DNA from: an uncultured Pseudomonadales bacterium
GTDB lineage: Bacteria; Patescibacteriota; Microgenomatia; UBA1400; PJMF01
DNA: 64,000 bases
Direction: 5' to 3'
NCBI GenBank assembly: GCA_964393205.1
Contig: CAYMSV010000003.1
Span: forward strand, 98,608-162,607
The position numbers and the translations under genes were made by a program. Under the pieces are notes generated by a model. It did no database searches, was not told the origin of the DNA, and worked only from the letters and a program-made list of their open reading frames with translations. Positions 37,196 to 47,372 of the stretch are shown in pieces. The stretch's first letter is position 1, and every line of letters begins with the position of its first letter.

Positions 37196-37990
37196 ATGTT
37201 TCTCTAGCATCACCTCAACTTCTGCTAAAGGAATAGCTCCAGGAACTAATTCTCGACCACCCTTTTTACTAATAATGACCGTGCTGGGTGTGCCACCTAT
37301 GCCAGCACTTGTTGCACCAGCAACCATTTCGTTTACTATAGTAGCTTTTTCTTGATTATTAAGACATTCTTGAACCTGAACTTGTGAAGCTCCGGCATTA
37401 GCAGCCATGGTTAAAATTGTGTCTTCAGTAATAATAGAATTCTCTCCTTCTATTGTAAAAATAGTTTGGTCAGCCATTCTTTCATAAATTTTATCTGTTA
37501 ATTTCCAAAAAGCTTCTTCTCCGGCATATTCAGCAACACATTCGCTTGCCTGAGCTAAAGTATCAGCATGGGCATGAAAAGAAAGAGGGAAGTGGCGATA
37601 AACAAAGGTGATTTGATCGCCATATTTTTCGACTAAACTATTAAAAGTAGGATGCCAGCGGTTACAAAAAGGACATTCGTAATCAGAATAAGTGATCATG
37701 GTTATTTCTGCATTTTTTGAACCCCTATAATGGTCTTTCTCATTAAATGCTGGAACTTCATCTAAACTGAGAGAGTTATCGAAGCTTTCAATGTCTTCAA
37801 GTTCACCGTCTTGTCCATTGGAGCCAATTAAGTTTTTTGATCTAAGTAATTGATTTTCAGTCCACAAAGAACCTCCTAAAAAACCAAGAACAATAACAAT
37901 TAAAAAAACAATAATTAAAATAAAATTATTGTTTATAAACTCAATAAAACTACCTAGTGAAAATTTATTTTGATTTTCTGTTTTTGCCAT
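37190..37990 (-). CDS. Membrane-anchored DsbA-family thiol-disulfide oxidoreductase
   Basis: YSDYECPFC, YRHFPL, cis-Pro loop GGTP; extended -10 TGCTAGAAT at 38021-38029. Confidence 0.92.
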   Translation of the reverse strand: MAKTENQNKFSLGSFIEFINNNFILIIVFLIVIVLGFLGGSLWTENQLLRSKNLIGSNGQDGELEDIESFDNSLSLDEVPAFNEKDHYRGSKNAEITMITYSDYECPFCNRWHPTFNSLVEKYGDQITFVYRHFPLSFHAHADTLAQASECVAEYAGEEAFWKLTDKIYERMADQTIFTIEGENSIITEDTILTMAANAGASQVQVQECLNNQEKATIVNEMVAGATSAGIGGTPSTVIISKKGGRELVPGAIPLAEVEVMLEKHL

Positions 37991-38061
37991 TTGGTCCTTC
38001 CTTATTCTATAATAGCGACTATTCTAGCATAGATTATTTAAAAAAGTGTTGAGTAATTTTT

Positions 38062-38868
38062 ATGTCCAATCAATTTAATTCAAAACGTCAGCTATCTGTT
38101 TATGAAAAACAGCAACTGATCAAATATGGTTTAAAAGAAATAAATTTTTTACAAAAAGGTGAAATACCAGTTGAGTACTTTACCAACAAGGTAGATTTTG
38201 TTGATTTAACCCTTAATATTGGTCAAGAGGCATTAATTCCGAGAATAGAAACCGAAGAATTAGTTAAATTAGCGATAGAAGTATTAGCTGATTATGAACA
38301 AGATAATATTAAAATTTTGGATCTAGGTACTGGCTGTGGAGCGATTTCTTTGTCCTTAATGAATTACTTAATTAAGACTAATTATCAAGAAAAAAATTGG
38401 CATTTTTATCTAACTGATGCATCTGCTAACGCTTTAAAGCTTGCTCAAAGAAATTATGATGAACTATTGCTTCATGGCGTTGATAAGAGATCTCTAAAAA
38501 TAAATTTTTTACTTAGTGATTTACTAGATAAAGTTCCTAAAAATTTAAAATTTGATTTGGTTTTAGCTAATTTACCATATATTCCCAGTACAAAAATTGA
38601 GGCTTTAACTACTAGTGTTAAAAATTTTGAACCACTTATGGCTTTGGATGGTGGAAAAACTGGCTTTGATTTAATTGCTAAAGCTTTAAGACAGTTGTTA
38701 ACTGGTGATTTTTTAAATCACAATACAACATTGTTTTTTGAAACTGACGAAAGCCATGATTATCAATTTGTCAAAAAAAACTTTCCTTTTGTATTAGATG
38801 TTTTTGAAACTCTTTTTTTAAAAGACCAATTTGCTCGTCAGCGTTTTTTAAAACTAAGAAAAAAATAG
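38062..38868 (+). CDS. prmC: Release factor glutamine methyltransferase (HemK/PrmC)
   Basis: ALIPRIETEELV, DLGTGCG, ANLPYI, EPLMALDGG. Confidence 0.9.
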   Translation: MSNQFNSKRQLSVYEKQQLIKYGLKEINFLQKGEIPVEYFTNKVDFVDLTLNIGQEALIPRIETEELVKLAIEVLADYEQDNIKILDLGTGCGAISLSLMNYLIKTNYQEKNWHFYLTDASANALKLAQRNYDELLLHGVDKRSLKINFLLSDLLDKVPKNLKFDLVLANLPYIPSTKIEALTTSVKNFEPLMALDGGKTGFDLIAKALRQLLTGDFLNHNTTLFFETDESHDYQFVKKNFPFVLDVFETLFLKDQFARQRFLKLRKK

Positions 38869-38879
38869 CAAGAAGTGGC

Positions 38880-38908
38880 TTGAAAACAAATAAAATTAGG
38901 ATTAGAAT
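38880..38908 (+). promoter_or_regulatory. Sigma70-type promoter TTGAAA-17-TAGAAT
   Basis: TTGAAA at 38880-38885, 17-nt spacer, TAGAAT at 38903-38908. Confidence 0.55.
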
Positions 38909-38926
38909 CAGTTTTACTAAAATATT

Positions 38927-40180
38927 ATGCTGAAGTTTTCAAGGACCTTTTTTACTAAAGTTTTTTTAGCGCTTCTATTTTTATTTTTTTCAATTAGTTT
39001 TTTTAAACAAGCAGTAGGTGCGAATGAAAATGATTTATCGATTCATATTTTTTCATCTAAAGTTTGTCCTCATTGTCGCGAAGCAGAAAATTTTCTTCAA
39101 CAATTAAAACAAGAAAACCCATCTTTAACTATTTATAAATATGAAATCGCTTATCAACAAAATAGCCAGTTATTGGATTTGGTAGCTAGTTCTTTAGAAG
39201 TTAGCGGCCAGGGGGTGCCCTTTACAGTAATTAATAATAAAGCAATTATTGGTTTTTCAGCAAATACTCCAACAGAAATTTATGAGCTTTTAGATTTGAT
39301 AAAAGTTGAAGACGATGTGGTGGTGGAAGCAGCTCGTTCAGAAAATTTAATACCTATTATTAAAGAACTAGAGGAATTAAGCGATGAGCAGGATCCTTTA
39401 AATGATGTTGGTGAAGAAACGACGTTTAGCGAAGAAGAAATCAAATTACCACTTTTTGGCATTGTTAGTTTGAAGGAGGTGTCCTTGCCTGTCTTAACAA
39501 TAATGATTGCCTTTTTAGATGGATTCAATCCTTGTGCAATGTGGGTTTTAGTTTTCTTAATTTCTTTGTTGATGGGCATGGGTAATCGACGTCGGATGTG
39601 GATCTTAGGTTCTACTTTTATTGTAGCTTCAGGTTTTGTTTATTTTTTGTTTATGAGTGCTTGGTTAAATTTCTTTTTATTTTTGGGTTTAGTCAACTGG
39701 ATTAGAATTGCCATTGCTTTTTTAGCTGTTTTTGTAGGTTACACCTACTTAAAAGACTTTATTAAAAACAAAGATGGATCTTGCCAGGTAGAGTTGGGTG
39801 GAAAAAAACAAAAAATTTTTGCCCGTTTAAAAGAAGTGGTATATCGAAAAAGCTTACTTTGGTCACTCTTGGGCATCGTATTACTTGCTTTTAGTGTCAA
39901 TCTTTTGGAATTAGTTTGTTCAGCTGGTTTGCCGGCTGTTTATACCAAGTTTTTAACTATGAGTGATTTAACAACTGCCCAGTATTATTTGTATTTATTT
40001 ATATATATTGTGGTGTTTATGCTTGATGATATGGCAGTGTTTGCCATTACTATGATTACTATGAAACGAGTAGCTTTAGATACAAAATATGCTCGTTACT
40101 CACACTTGATTGGGGGAATTATTATGTTGATTATTGGTTTATTAATGATTTTTAAACCAGAGTGGATAATGTTTGCTTAG
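38927..40180 (+). CDS. Glutaredoxin/thioredoxin domain fused to a CcdA/DsbD-like transmembrane domain
   Basis: Signal peptide, CPHC and GVP, then about 6 TMs with DGFNPCAM and ELVCSAG membrane cysteines. Confidence 0.85.
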   Translation: MLKFSRTFFTKVFLALLFLFFSISFFKQAVGANENDLSIHIFSSKVCPHCREAENFLQQLKQENPSLTIYKYEIAYQQNSQLLDLVASSLEVSGQGVPFTVINNKAIIGFSANTPTEIYELLDLIKVEDDVVVEAARSENLIPIIKELEELSDEQDPLNDVGEETTFSEEEIKLPLFGIVSLKEVSLPVLTIMIAFLDGFNPCAMWVLVFLISLLMGMGNRRRMWILGSTFIVASGFVYFLFMSAWLNFFLFLGLVNWIRIAIAFLAVFVGYTYLKDFIKNKDGSCQVELGGKKQKIFARLKEVVYRKSLLWSLLGIVLLAFSVNLLELVCSAGLPAVYTKFLTMSDLTTAQYYLYLFIYIVVFMLDDMAVFAITMITMKRVALDTKYARYSHLIGGIIMLIIGLLMIFKPEWIMFA

Positions 40181-40329
40181 TTTATCCTTTTTTGATGTTT
40201 TTGTATTATATCATTTTCAATTTTTTAAAAAAAGCTTGTTTTTACAAGTATTTTTGATTATGATACCTTTAATTAAAGTCTCCAAAAAGACTTTGTGTTT
40301 TTGTTTAAAAATAAATCAAAGGAAATAAT

Positions 40330-42552
40330 ATGTCTCAGACATTTAAAAAAGGTAATTGGCAAAAGAAAATTGATACTAGAGATTTTATTTTACAAAACAT
40401 AACTCCCTATGATGGTGATGCGTCCTTTCTTAAAGGTCCAAGTGTTAGCACTAAAAAGCTTTGGAAAAAAGCTCGTCAACTTTTGGATGAAGAATTAGCT
40501 AAAGGTGGTATTTTAGATATTGATACTGAAACTATTTCTACTATCACTAGTCATGATCCCGGATATTTAGATAAAGAATTAGAAAAAATTGTCGGTACTC
40601 AAACTGATCAACCTTTAAAAAGAGGAATTAAACCTTTTGGAGGAATTCGAGTTGTTGAAGCGGCAGCAGAAGAAAACTCTTATAAGGTTTCCAAAGAGGT
40701 AGTGAGAATCTTTGACGAATATCGAAAGAGTCATAATGATGGTGTTTTTGATGTTTATACTGATGAAATGAAACTGCTTCGCTCTACTGGAATTTTAACT
40801 GGTTTGCCAGATAATTATGCGCGTGGTCGAATTATTGGAGATTATCGAAGAGTTGCTCTTTACGGTATTGATCGTTTGATTGAGGCTAAAGAGGCTGATA
40901 AAAAAGAATTAGTGGGAGTAATGACTGATGAATTAATTCGTTTAAGAGAGGAAGTTAGTGAGCAAATTAAGGCTCTTAAAGCCATGAAAATAATGGCTAA
41001 AAGTTATGGTTATGATATTTCTAAGCCTGCCAACACAGCTCAAGAAGCCATTCAATGGACTTGGTTTGCTTTTCTTGCAGCACTTAAAGAGCAAGATGGT
41101 GCAGCTATGAGTTTGGGTAATGTCAGTTCATTTTTTGATATTTATTTAGAAAGCGATTTACAAGCTGGGAAGATTACTGAAGAAGAAGCACAAGAACTGG
41201 TTGATCATTTTATTATTCAATGTCGCTTAATTCGTCATTTACGCATGGATGCTTATAATCAACTTTTTGCAGGTGATCCAACTTGGACCACTGAATGTTT
41301 GGGAGGGTTTTTTGCTAATGGTCAGCACAAAATTACCAAAACTAGTTTTAGATTTTTACAGAGTTTATATAATTTGGGACCAGCTCCGGAACCAAACCTG
41401 ACTGTGCTGTGGTCTGATAAACTCCCTGAGGGTTGGAAAAAGTTTTGTGCTCAAGTCTCTGTTGATACTTCCTCTATTCAATATGAAAATGACGATCTAA
41501 TGCGTGCTAAAGGACAATGTGATGATTATTGTATTGCTTGCTGTGTGTCAATGATGGAAACTGGTAAAGAAATGCAGTTTTTTGGCGCTCGCTGCAATTT
41601 AGCTAAGGCAATGTTGATGGCAATTAACGAAGGACGAGATGAAAAAACTGGTCAATTGGTGGTACCAGGTATTGATCCTCTTTCTGAGGGCCCAATTAAA
41701 TACAGCGAGTTTCAAAAACGCTTTAAAAAAACAATGTCATATCTAGCCAAATCCTATGTGAATACCATGAATGTTATTCATTACATGCATGATAAATATT
41801 ATTATGAAAAAGCCCAATTGGCCCTAATGGATACCCATTGTCATCGCAATATGGCTTTTGGTGTGGCCGGTTTAAGCGTAGTGGCCGACTCAATTTCTGC
41901 TATTAAATTTGCCAAGGTGACGGCCATCCGTAATAGCGATGGTCTCACTAAAGATTTTAAAGTAGAGGGTGACTATCCAATGTTTGGTAATGATGATGAT
42001 CGAGTAGATGAAATGGCTGTTGATTTGGTCAAGCGCTTTAACACCGAGTTAGCGAAAAATCATATTTATCGAGACGCAACTGCAACCTTATCAGTATTGA
42101 CTATTACTTCTAATGTAGTTTATGGTACAAAAACTGGAGCAACTCCAGACGGAAGAAAAGCTGGAGAAGCTTTTGCTCCAGGTGCTAACCCTATGCATGG
42201 ACGCGATCATTCAGGAGCAATTGCTTCACTTAATAGTGTGGCCAAAATTAATTATGCCGATGCTCGAGACGGCATTTCTAATACTTTTTCAATTGTACCT
42301 AAAGCTCTTGGTAGTGATAGAAAAGAACAGATTGATAATTTAGCAGGCATGTTAGATGGTTACTTTAAAAAAGACGCCCATCATCTCAACGTTAATGTTT
42401 TGAATCAGGAAACTTTGGAAGATGCAATGGAGCATCCAGAGAAATATCCGCAATTGACAATTCGTGTTTCAGGCTATGCAGTTAATTTTATTAAATTAAC
42501 TAGAGCCCTTCAAGAAGAGGTGATTGCTCGTACTTTTCATAAGACAATGTAA
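40330..42552 (+). CDS. pflB: Pyruvate formate-lyase
   Basis: [16 protein letters not shown], catalytic IACCVS, glycyl-radical RVSGY. Confidence 0.97.
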   Translation: MSQTFKKGNWQKKIDTRDFILQNITPYDGDASFLKGPSVSTKKLWKKARQLLDEELAKGGILDIDTETISTITSHDPGYLDKELEKIVGTQTDQPLKRGIKPFGGIRVVEAAAEENSYKVSKEVVRIFDEYRKSHNDGVFDVYTDEMKLLRSTGILTGLPDNYARGRIIGDYRRVALYGIDRLIEAKEADKKELVGVMTDELIRLREEVSEQIKALKAMKIMAKSYGYDISKPANTAQEAIQWTWFAFLAALKEQDGAAMSLGNVSSFFDIYLESDLQAGKITEEEAQELVDHFIIQCRLIRHLRMDAYNQLFAGDPTWTTECLGGFFANGQHKITKTSFRFLQSLYNLGPAPEPNLTVLWSDKLPEGWKKFCAQVSVDTSSIQYENDDLMRAKGQCDDYCIACCVSMMETGKEMQFFGARCNLAKAMLMAINEGRDEKTGQLVVPGIDPLSEGPIKYSEFQKRFKKTMSYLAKSYVNTMNVIHYMHDKYYYEKAQLALMDTHCHRNMAFGVAGLSVVADSISAIKFAKVTAIRNSDGLTKDFKVEGDYPMFGNDDDRVDEMAVDLVKRFNTELAKNHIYRDATATLSVLTITSNVVYGTKTGATPDGRKAGEAFAPGANPMHGRDHSGAIASLNSVAKINYADARDGISNTFSIVPKALGSDRKEQIDNLAGMLDGYFKKDAHHLNVNVLNQETLEDAMEHPEKYPQLTIRVSGYAVNFIKLTRALQEEVIARTFHKTM

Positions 42553-42553
42553 G

Positions 42554-43306
42554 ATGAGCAAAACTTTAAAAATTCATTCCATTGAAACTTTTGGAGTTCA
42601 TGATGGGCCAGGAATTCGCCTGGTGCTTTTTGCTCAGGGCTGTCCTTTCCGTTGTCTTTATTGTCATAATCCCGACACCCAAGATTTAGAGACTGATAAA
42701 ACTGAAACAAAGACGATAAGAGAAATTATTAAGCTTTTAGAACGAGAAAAACCCTATTTTGGCGAAAATGGTACTAGAGGTGGTTTAACAGTTTCGGGCG
42801 GAGAACCCACCCTACAAGCCAAGGCAGTCTTAGCTCTATTTAAAGAAGCTAAAGCAGAAGGTTTTCATACCTGTCTTGATACTTGTGGGGCAATTGTTAG
42901 TAAAGATGTAGAAGATCTATATCGTTTTACAGACTTGCTATTACTTGATGTTAAACATATTGATGATGTTTGGCATCGTAAACTAGTTGGTCAAAGTAAT
43001 TTTAATGTTTTAGCAAATGCTAAAATTAGGGAAAAAAGTGGTCGAGAAATGTGGTTGCGCTATGTTTTAGTTCCTGGTTGGACAGATCAAGAAGAGCATT
43101 TGACAGCTTGGGCCAAATATTTTGCTCATTTTAAAACTGTCACAAGAGTAGAAATTTTACCATATCACGAATTAGGTAAACATAAATATCAAGAATTGGG
43201 TCGAGATTATCAATTAAAAGAAGTAAAACCTCCAAGCAAAGAGGAAATACAAATAGCCAAAGATATCTTTAGCAAATATCTAGGTGATAGAGTTGTAGTT
43301 AGCTAA
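42554..43306 (+). CDS. pflA: PFL-activating radical SAM enzyme
   Basis: HDGPGIR, CPFRCLYCHNPDT, SGGEP, LPYH. Confidence 0.96.
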   Translation: MSKTLKIHSIETFGVHDGPGIRLVLFAQGCPFRCLYCHNPDTQDLETDKTETKTIREIIKLLEREKPYFGENGTRGGLTVSGGEPTLQAKAVLALFKEAKAEGFHTCLDTCGAIVSKDVEDLYRFTDLLLLDVKHIDDVWHRKLVGQSNFNVLANAKIREKSGREMWLRYVLVPGWTDQEEHLTAWAKYFAHFKTVTRVEILPYHELGKHKYQELGRDYQLKEVKPPSKEEIQIAKDIFSKYLGDRVVVS

Positions 43307-43320
43307 AATAGAAAGTAGTT

Positions 43321-45408
43321 ATGAATTTTTCAGCTTTATTTAAACCAAAGGCAATAGCCATTATTGGTGCTTCTAGTCGTGAGAAAACTGTGGGTAATGA
43401 TGTGGTTAAAAACTTGGTTACTCAGGGTTTTGCTGGTCAAATTTACCCCATTAATCCAAAAATTGATGAGCTGTATGGTTTAAAAGTTTATCATGATATT
43501 AAAGATTTAGATAAAAAAATAGATTTGGTGGTGGTAGCGATTCCAGCTAAATTTGTCGCTTCAGCCATTGAAGAAGCGGCTAAAAAAGGAGCTCGGGCTG
43601 CTATAGTTATTTCGGCTGGTTTTAAAGAAGCTGGTAATTTAGAGTTAGAGCAAGAATTAGCTCGGGTTTGTCAACGCAATGATGTAATTTTGGTTGGTCC
43701 TAATTGTTTAGGAGTTATTAATGCTGAGCATAAAATGAACGCCTCTTTTGCGGCGGTAATGCCAGAGGTCGGTGATATTGCTTTTATGTCTCAAAGTGGA
43801 GCACTGTGTACAGCTGTTTTAGACTACGCAAAAGAATTAGGTTTGGGTTTTTCTAAATTTATTAGTATTGGCAATAAAGCCTCTCTTGATGAATTAGCTC
43901 TAATCAAATATTTGCATCAAGACCCACAAACTAAAGTTATTTGTTTATACGCAGAAGCCCTTGATGATGCCCAGGCGATTATTCAAAGCTTAAAGGAATT
44001 AAACAGAGGTGGTCAACCTAAGCCAGTAATAGTTCTTAAGTCTGGTAAAACAGAGGCTGGAGCGGGAGCAATTGCCTCTCACACTGGTTCTTTAAGTGGT
44101 GGAGACAATGCCTATCAAGCCCTTTTTGAGCAAGCTGGAATTATTCGAGCTAATTCAATCAGTGAGTTGTTTGATTTAGCTGCAGTTTTTAGTAACAATC
44201 CTCTTAAAGAAATTAAAAATGTAACCATTATTACCAATGCAGGAGGACCCGGTGTTTTGACTACTGACGCAGTAGTAGAGAGTGGTTTAAGCATGGCTAA
44301 GCTAGAAAGTAAAACCATCAAAAAATTAGAAGAATTTTTACCAGCAGCAGCTAACACTCACAATCCAGTTGATGTTTTGGGTGACGCGGTTGGAGAAGTT
44401 TATGAAAAGACCTTGCAAGTAATTGGTCAAGATGAAAATACTGATGCTATTTTGGTTCTTTTAACTCCCCAAACCATGACGGAACCTCTCAAAACCGCCC
44501 AAGCAGTAATTGATTTAAGAAAAAAAATTAAGAAACCAATTGTGGTGTCATTGATGGGTCGTGATTCAGTGGAAGCTGGAGTTGAATTGTTAAGAAAAAA
44601 TAATATTGCTAGTACTACTTTTCCAGAATCAGCAGCTTTTAGTCTAGGAGCTTTAGCTAAATTTGCGAAATGGACTAAGGCAAAAGAAGAAGAAACCCTA
44701 GCATATAGTGATGTTAACAAAGAAGCAGTAAAAAATATTTTTCAAAAAGCTAAAGCTAAAGGACAAACTAGTTTCCCAGAATCTGAGGCAATGGAAATTC
44801 TAAAAGCTTATAATTTTCCTTTACTTAAAAGTGCTGTAGCCAAAACAGCTGATGAGGCTGAGAAAATTCTTCAGGAATTTAATTGCGCTGTAGCAATGAA
44901 AATTGTTTCTAAAGATATTTTGCATAAAAGTGATGTTGGTGGGGTAATGTTAGGTGTAACTGCCAAAGATGTCAAAGAAAAATTTAAGCAAATGATTGAG
45001 GTGGTTGGTAAAAACAAACCTCAAGCTAAACTAGATGGGGTTTTGTTGATGGAAATGGCTGGCAAGGGTCATGAGACTATTTTAGGTATTAATAAAAACT
45101 CTTTAGGTAGCATGTTAATGTTTGGTTTAGGGGGAATTTATGTTGAAATTTTTAAAGATGTGACTTTTGCTTTTCCTCCGCTTGGTCAGAATGAAATTAT
45201 TAAAATGATTAATTCTTTAAAATCTAGTAAAATTTTTAAAGGAGTTAGGGGCCAGGAAGCAATTGATCAAAAAAGCTTGATTGAGACCATTGGTCGTTTA
45301 GCTCAGTTAGCCACTGATTTTCCTGAAATTACGGAGTTAGATATTAATCCTTTACTATTAACCCCTCAAGGAGCGAAAGTGCTTGATGCGCGAATAGTGA
45401 TTGAGTAG
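43321..45408 (+). CDS. ADP-forming acetate/acyl--CoA ligase, fused alpha-beta (ACD)
   Basis: IIGAS, GPNCLG, SQSGA, phospho-His ASHTG, NAGG, NPVD, HKSDVGGV, ELDINP; no GNAT tail. Confidence 0.92.
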   Translation: MNFSALFKPKAIAIIGASSREKTVGNDVVKNLVTQGFAGQIYPINPKIDELYGLKVYHDIKDLDKKIDLVVVAIPAKFVASAIEEAAKKGARAAIVISAGFKEAGNLELEQELARVCQRNDVILVGPNCLGVINAEHKMNASFAAVMPEVGDIAFMSQSGALCTAVLDYAKELGLGFSKFISIGNKASLDELALIKYLHQDPQTKVICLYAEALDDAQAIIQSLKELNRGGQPKPVIVLKSGKTEAGAGAIASHTGSLSGGDNAYQALFEQAGIIRANSISELFDLAAVFSNNPLKEIKNVTIITNAGGPGVLTTDAVVESGLSMAKLESKTIKKLEEFLPAAANTHNPVDVLGDAVGEVYEKTLQVIGQDENTDAILVLLTPQTMTEPLKTAQAVIDLRKKIKKPIVVSLMGRDSVEAGVELLRKNNIASTTFPESAAFSLGALAKFAKWTKAKEEETLAYSDVNKEAVKNIFQKAKAKGQTSFPESEAMEILKAYNFPLLKSAVAKTADEAEKILQEFNCAVAMKIVSKDILHKSDVGGVMLGVTAKDVKEKFKQMIEVVGKNKPQAKLDGVLLMEMAGKGHETILGINKNSLGSMLMFGLGGIYVEIFKDVTFAFPPLGQNEIIKMINSLKSSKIFKGVRGQEAIDQKSLIETIGRLAQLATDFPEITELDINPLLLTPQGAKVLDARIVIE

Positions 45409-45425
45409 TAAAATATATTTTCTTT

Positions 45426-46556
45426 ATGACAAGAGCTCTTTATGCCCTTTCTGGTGACCCAATTACTCACGGCCATTTGGACATTATCCAGCGTGCCGCC
45501 AAAGCCTTTGATCAATTGGTTGTGGCAATAGGCATTAACCCTCTTAAAGACTACCTTTTTAGTTTAAAAGAACGTGAAGAAATGGCGCGACGTAGTCTAG
45601 TTAATTTTAGCAACGTTAAAGTAAGTTCTTTTACAGGCTTGTTGGTTGACTTTGCTTATGAAAACAATATTGATGTCATTATTAAGGGTGTTAGAAGCAA
45701 TCAAGATTTTGCATATGAACACAACCTGCATTTAATGAGTGAAAGTCAACGACTAGGAATTGATACTTTTTTGTTATTTACTAAACCAGAATTAGCTCAT
45801 ATCAGTTCTAGTGCTGTTAAAGAAATTCAAAATGATCAGGGTCTAATTCAAGACTATGTTAGTCCCTATGTAAAACAGTGTTTAGAAGAAAAATTATCTG
45901 GTCAATATATTATTGGTTTAACGGGAGAAATTGGTTCTGGTAAGAGTTATGTGGGTGAAGCCTTAGTCGAACTGGCCAAAAAAGACAATGTGTCGTTTCA
46001 CAATTTAGAACTAGATATTTTAGCCCAACAAATACAACAGGACTTGAATGAGGAAAAGTATGCTCTTGTTCGAGAAGAAATTGTTGAAAATTTTGGCGAA
46101 GGTGTGAAGAGTAAAGATGGTAGCATTGATCGCAAGGCTTTGGGTGAAATTGTTTTTGCTGATGCTCAAAAACTGGCGAAATTGAATAGTATTATGCACA
46201 CTCCAATCTTAGTTAGATTGCGTAAAGAATTAAAAAATAAAAAAGGCTTAATTGTTTTAAATGCAGCACTTTTAGCAGAAACTAAAATGATGGATTTGAG
46301 TAATTACAATCTAATTTTATTAAATGTTGATGAGAAGATTCAAGAACAGCGTTTAATTGAGCGAGGACTCAACAAAGAACAAATTAAACGTCGCTTAGTT
46401 AGTCAATATGATTTCAAGAAAAAGAAGGAAATTATTGAAGAGGCTATTGCTCAAAATCAACATGGTAAGCTTTTTATTTTAGATAATTCTCAAGAAAATA
46501 ATGAAGCAGCAATCGCTAGTCTTTGGCAAGATCTTAAAAAATATTTTTCAATTTAG
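45426..46556 (+). CDS. Fused phosphopantetheine adenylyltransferase / dephospho-CoA kinase (CoaD-CoaE)
   Basis: N-half DPITHGHLDII, KGVR..DF.YE, ISSSAVKE; C-half GLTGEIGSGKS, IDRKALGEIVF, IMHTPI, RRLVSQ. Confidence 0.9.
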   Translation: MTRALYALSGDPITHGHLDIIQRAAKAFDQLVVAIGINPLKDYLFSLKEREEMARRSLVNFSNVKVSSFTGLLVDFAYENNIDVIIKGVRSNQDFAYEHNLHLMSESQRLGIDTFLLFTKPELAHISSSAVKEIQNDQGLIQDYVSPYVKQCLEEKLSGQYIIGLTGEIGSGKSYVGEALVELAKKDNVSFHNLELDILAQQIQQDLNEEKYALVREEIVENFGEGVKSKDGSIDRKALGEIVFADAQKLAKLNSIMHTPILVRLRKELKNKKGLIVLNAALLAETKMMDLSNYNLILLNVDEKIQEQRLIERGLNKEQIKRRLVSQYDFKKKKEIIEEAIAQNQHGKLFILDNSQENNEAAIASLWQDLKKYFSI

Positions 46557-46557
46557 T

Positions 46558-47325
46558 TTAAAATTTTAGTTCGATAGAAATTGGACAGTGATCTGAACCG
46601 GTGACTTGATCATGAATGCTAGCTGCTTTCAAATTGTTTTTTAAGTTTTCACTAAGAAAAAAATAGTCAATCCTCCAGCCTACATTGCGCTCTCTAGCAG
46701 CACTTCTCAGACTCCACCAAGTATAAGCATCTTTTTTATTGGGGTAAAAGTGTCGATAACTATCAATAAAGCCTAAATCTAATAGTTGATCAATCCATTC
46801 TCTTTCTTCTTTTAAAAAACCAGAAATTTTTTCATTAGCTTTTGGTCTAGCCAGATCAATTTCTTTATGTGCAGTATTAACGTCACCAGCAATAATGATG
46901 TTTTTTTCTTCTTTTTTTAAATTTTTTAAATAATCTAGTAAAAAAGAATAATAGTTCATTTTGTAAGCTAGACGTTCTTTACTAGCCTTACCGTTTGGAA
47001 AATAGATATTAAATAAAACGAAATTAGGATAATAACTAATGATGGTTCGTCCTTCTTGATCAAAACGCTTTTCCCCCAAACCAATTTGAACTTTTTTTGG
47101 CTGAATTTTAGAATAGGTGGCTGTGCCACTATAACCGGGCTTTTGAGCACTAGCAAAAGAGACTTGATAGTCATTTGCTTGAGTCAATTCAAATCCTAAT
47201 TGACTTGGTTTGGCTTTTGTTTCTTGCAAACACAAAACATCTGGTTGAACTTGTTTTAACCAATCTAAAAAACCTTTTCTTGCTATTGCCCTAATGCCAT
47301 TCACGTTCCAAGAATAAATTGTCAT
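46558..47325 (-). CDS. xth: Exodeoxyribonuclease III / AP endonuclease
   Basis: SWNVNGIRA, LQETK, YFPNG, GDVN, WRIDY, SDHCP. Confidence 0.96.
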   Translation of the reverse strand: MTIYSWNVNGIRAIARKGFLDWLKQVQPDVLCLQETKAKPSQLGFELTQANDYQVSFASAQKPGYSGTATYSKIQPKKVQIGLGEKRFDQEGRTIISYYPNFVLFNIYFPNGKASKERLAYKMNYYSFLLDYLKNLKKEEKNIIIAGDVNTAHKEIDLARPKANEKISGFLKEEREWIDQLLDLGFIDSYRHFYPNKKDAYTWWSLRSAARERNVGWRIDYFFLSENLKNNLKAASIHDQVTGSDHCPISIELKF

Positions 47326-47372
47326 AGTGCTTTATTATAGCGAATTTTTATCTGATAGTTTATGATAATTGA

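Noticed and set aside
38560-38590. PrmC NLPY instead of NPPY, considered as inactivation or a DNA methyltransferase
   Set aside because: Other HemK motifs (LIPR.ETE, EP..ALDGG) are intact; treated as a tolerated variant.
43321-45408. Possible protein lysine acetyltransferase (Pat/YfiQ)
   Set aside because: No GNAT domain and the catalytic His (ASHTG) is retained, consistent with an ADP-forming ligase.
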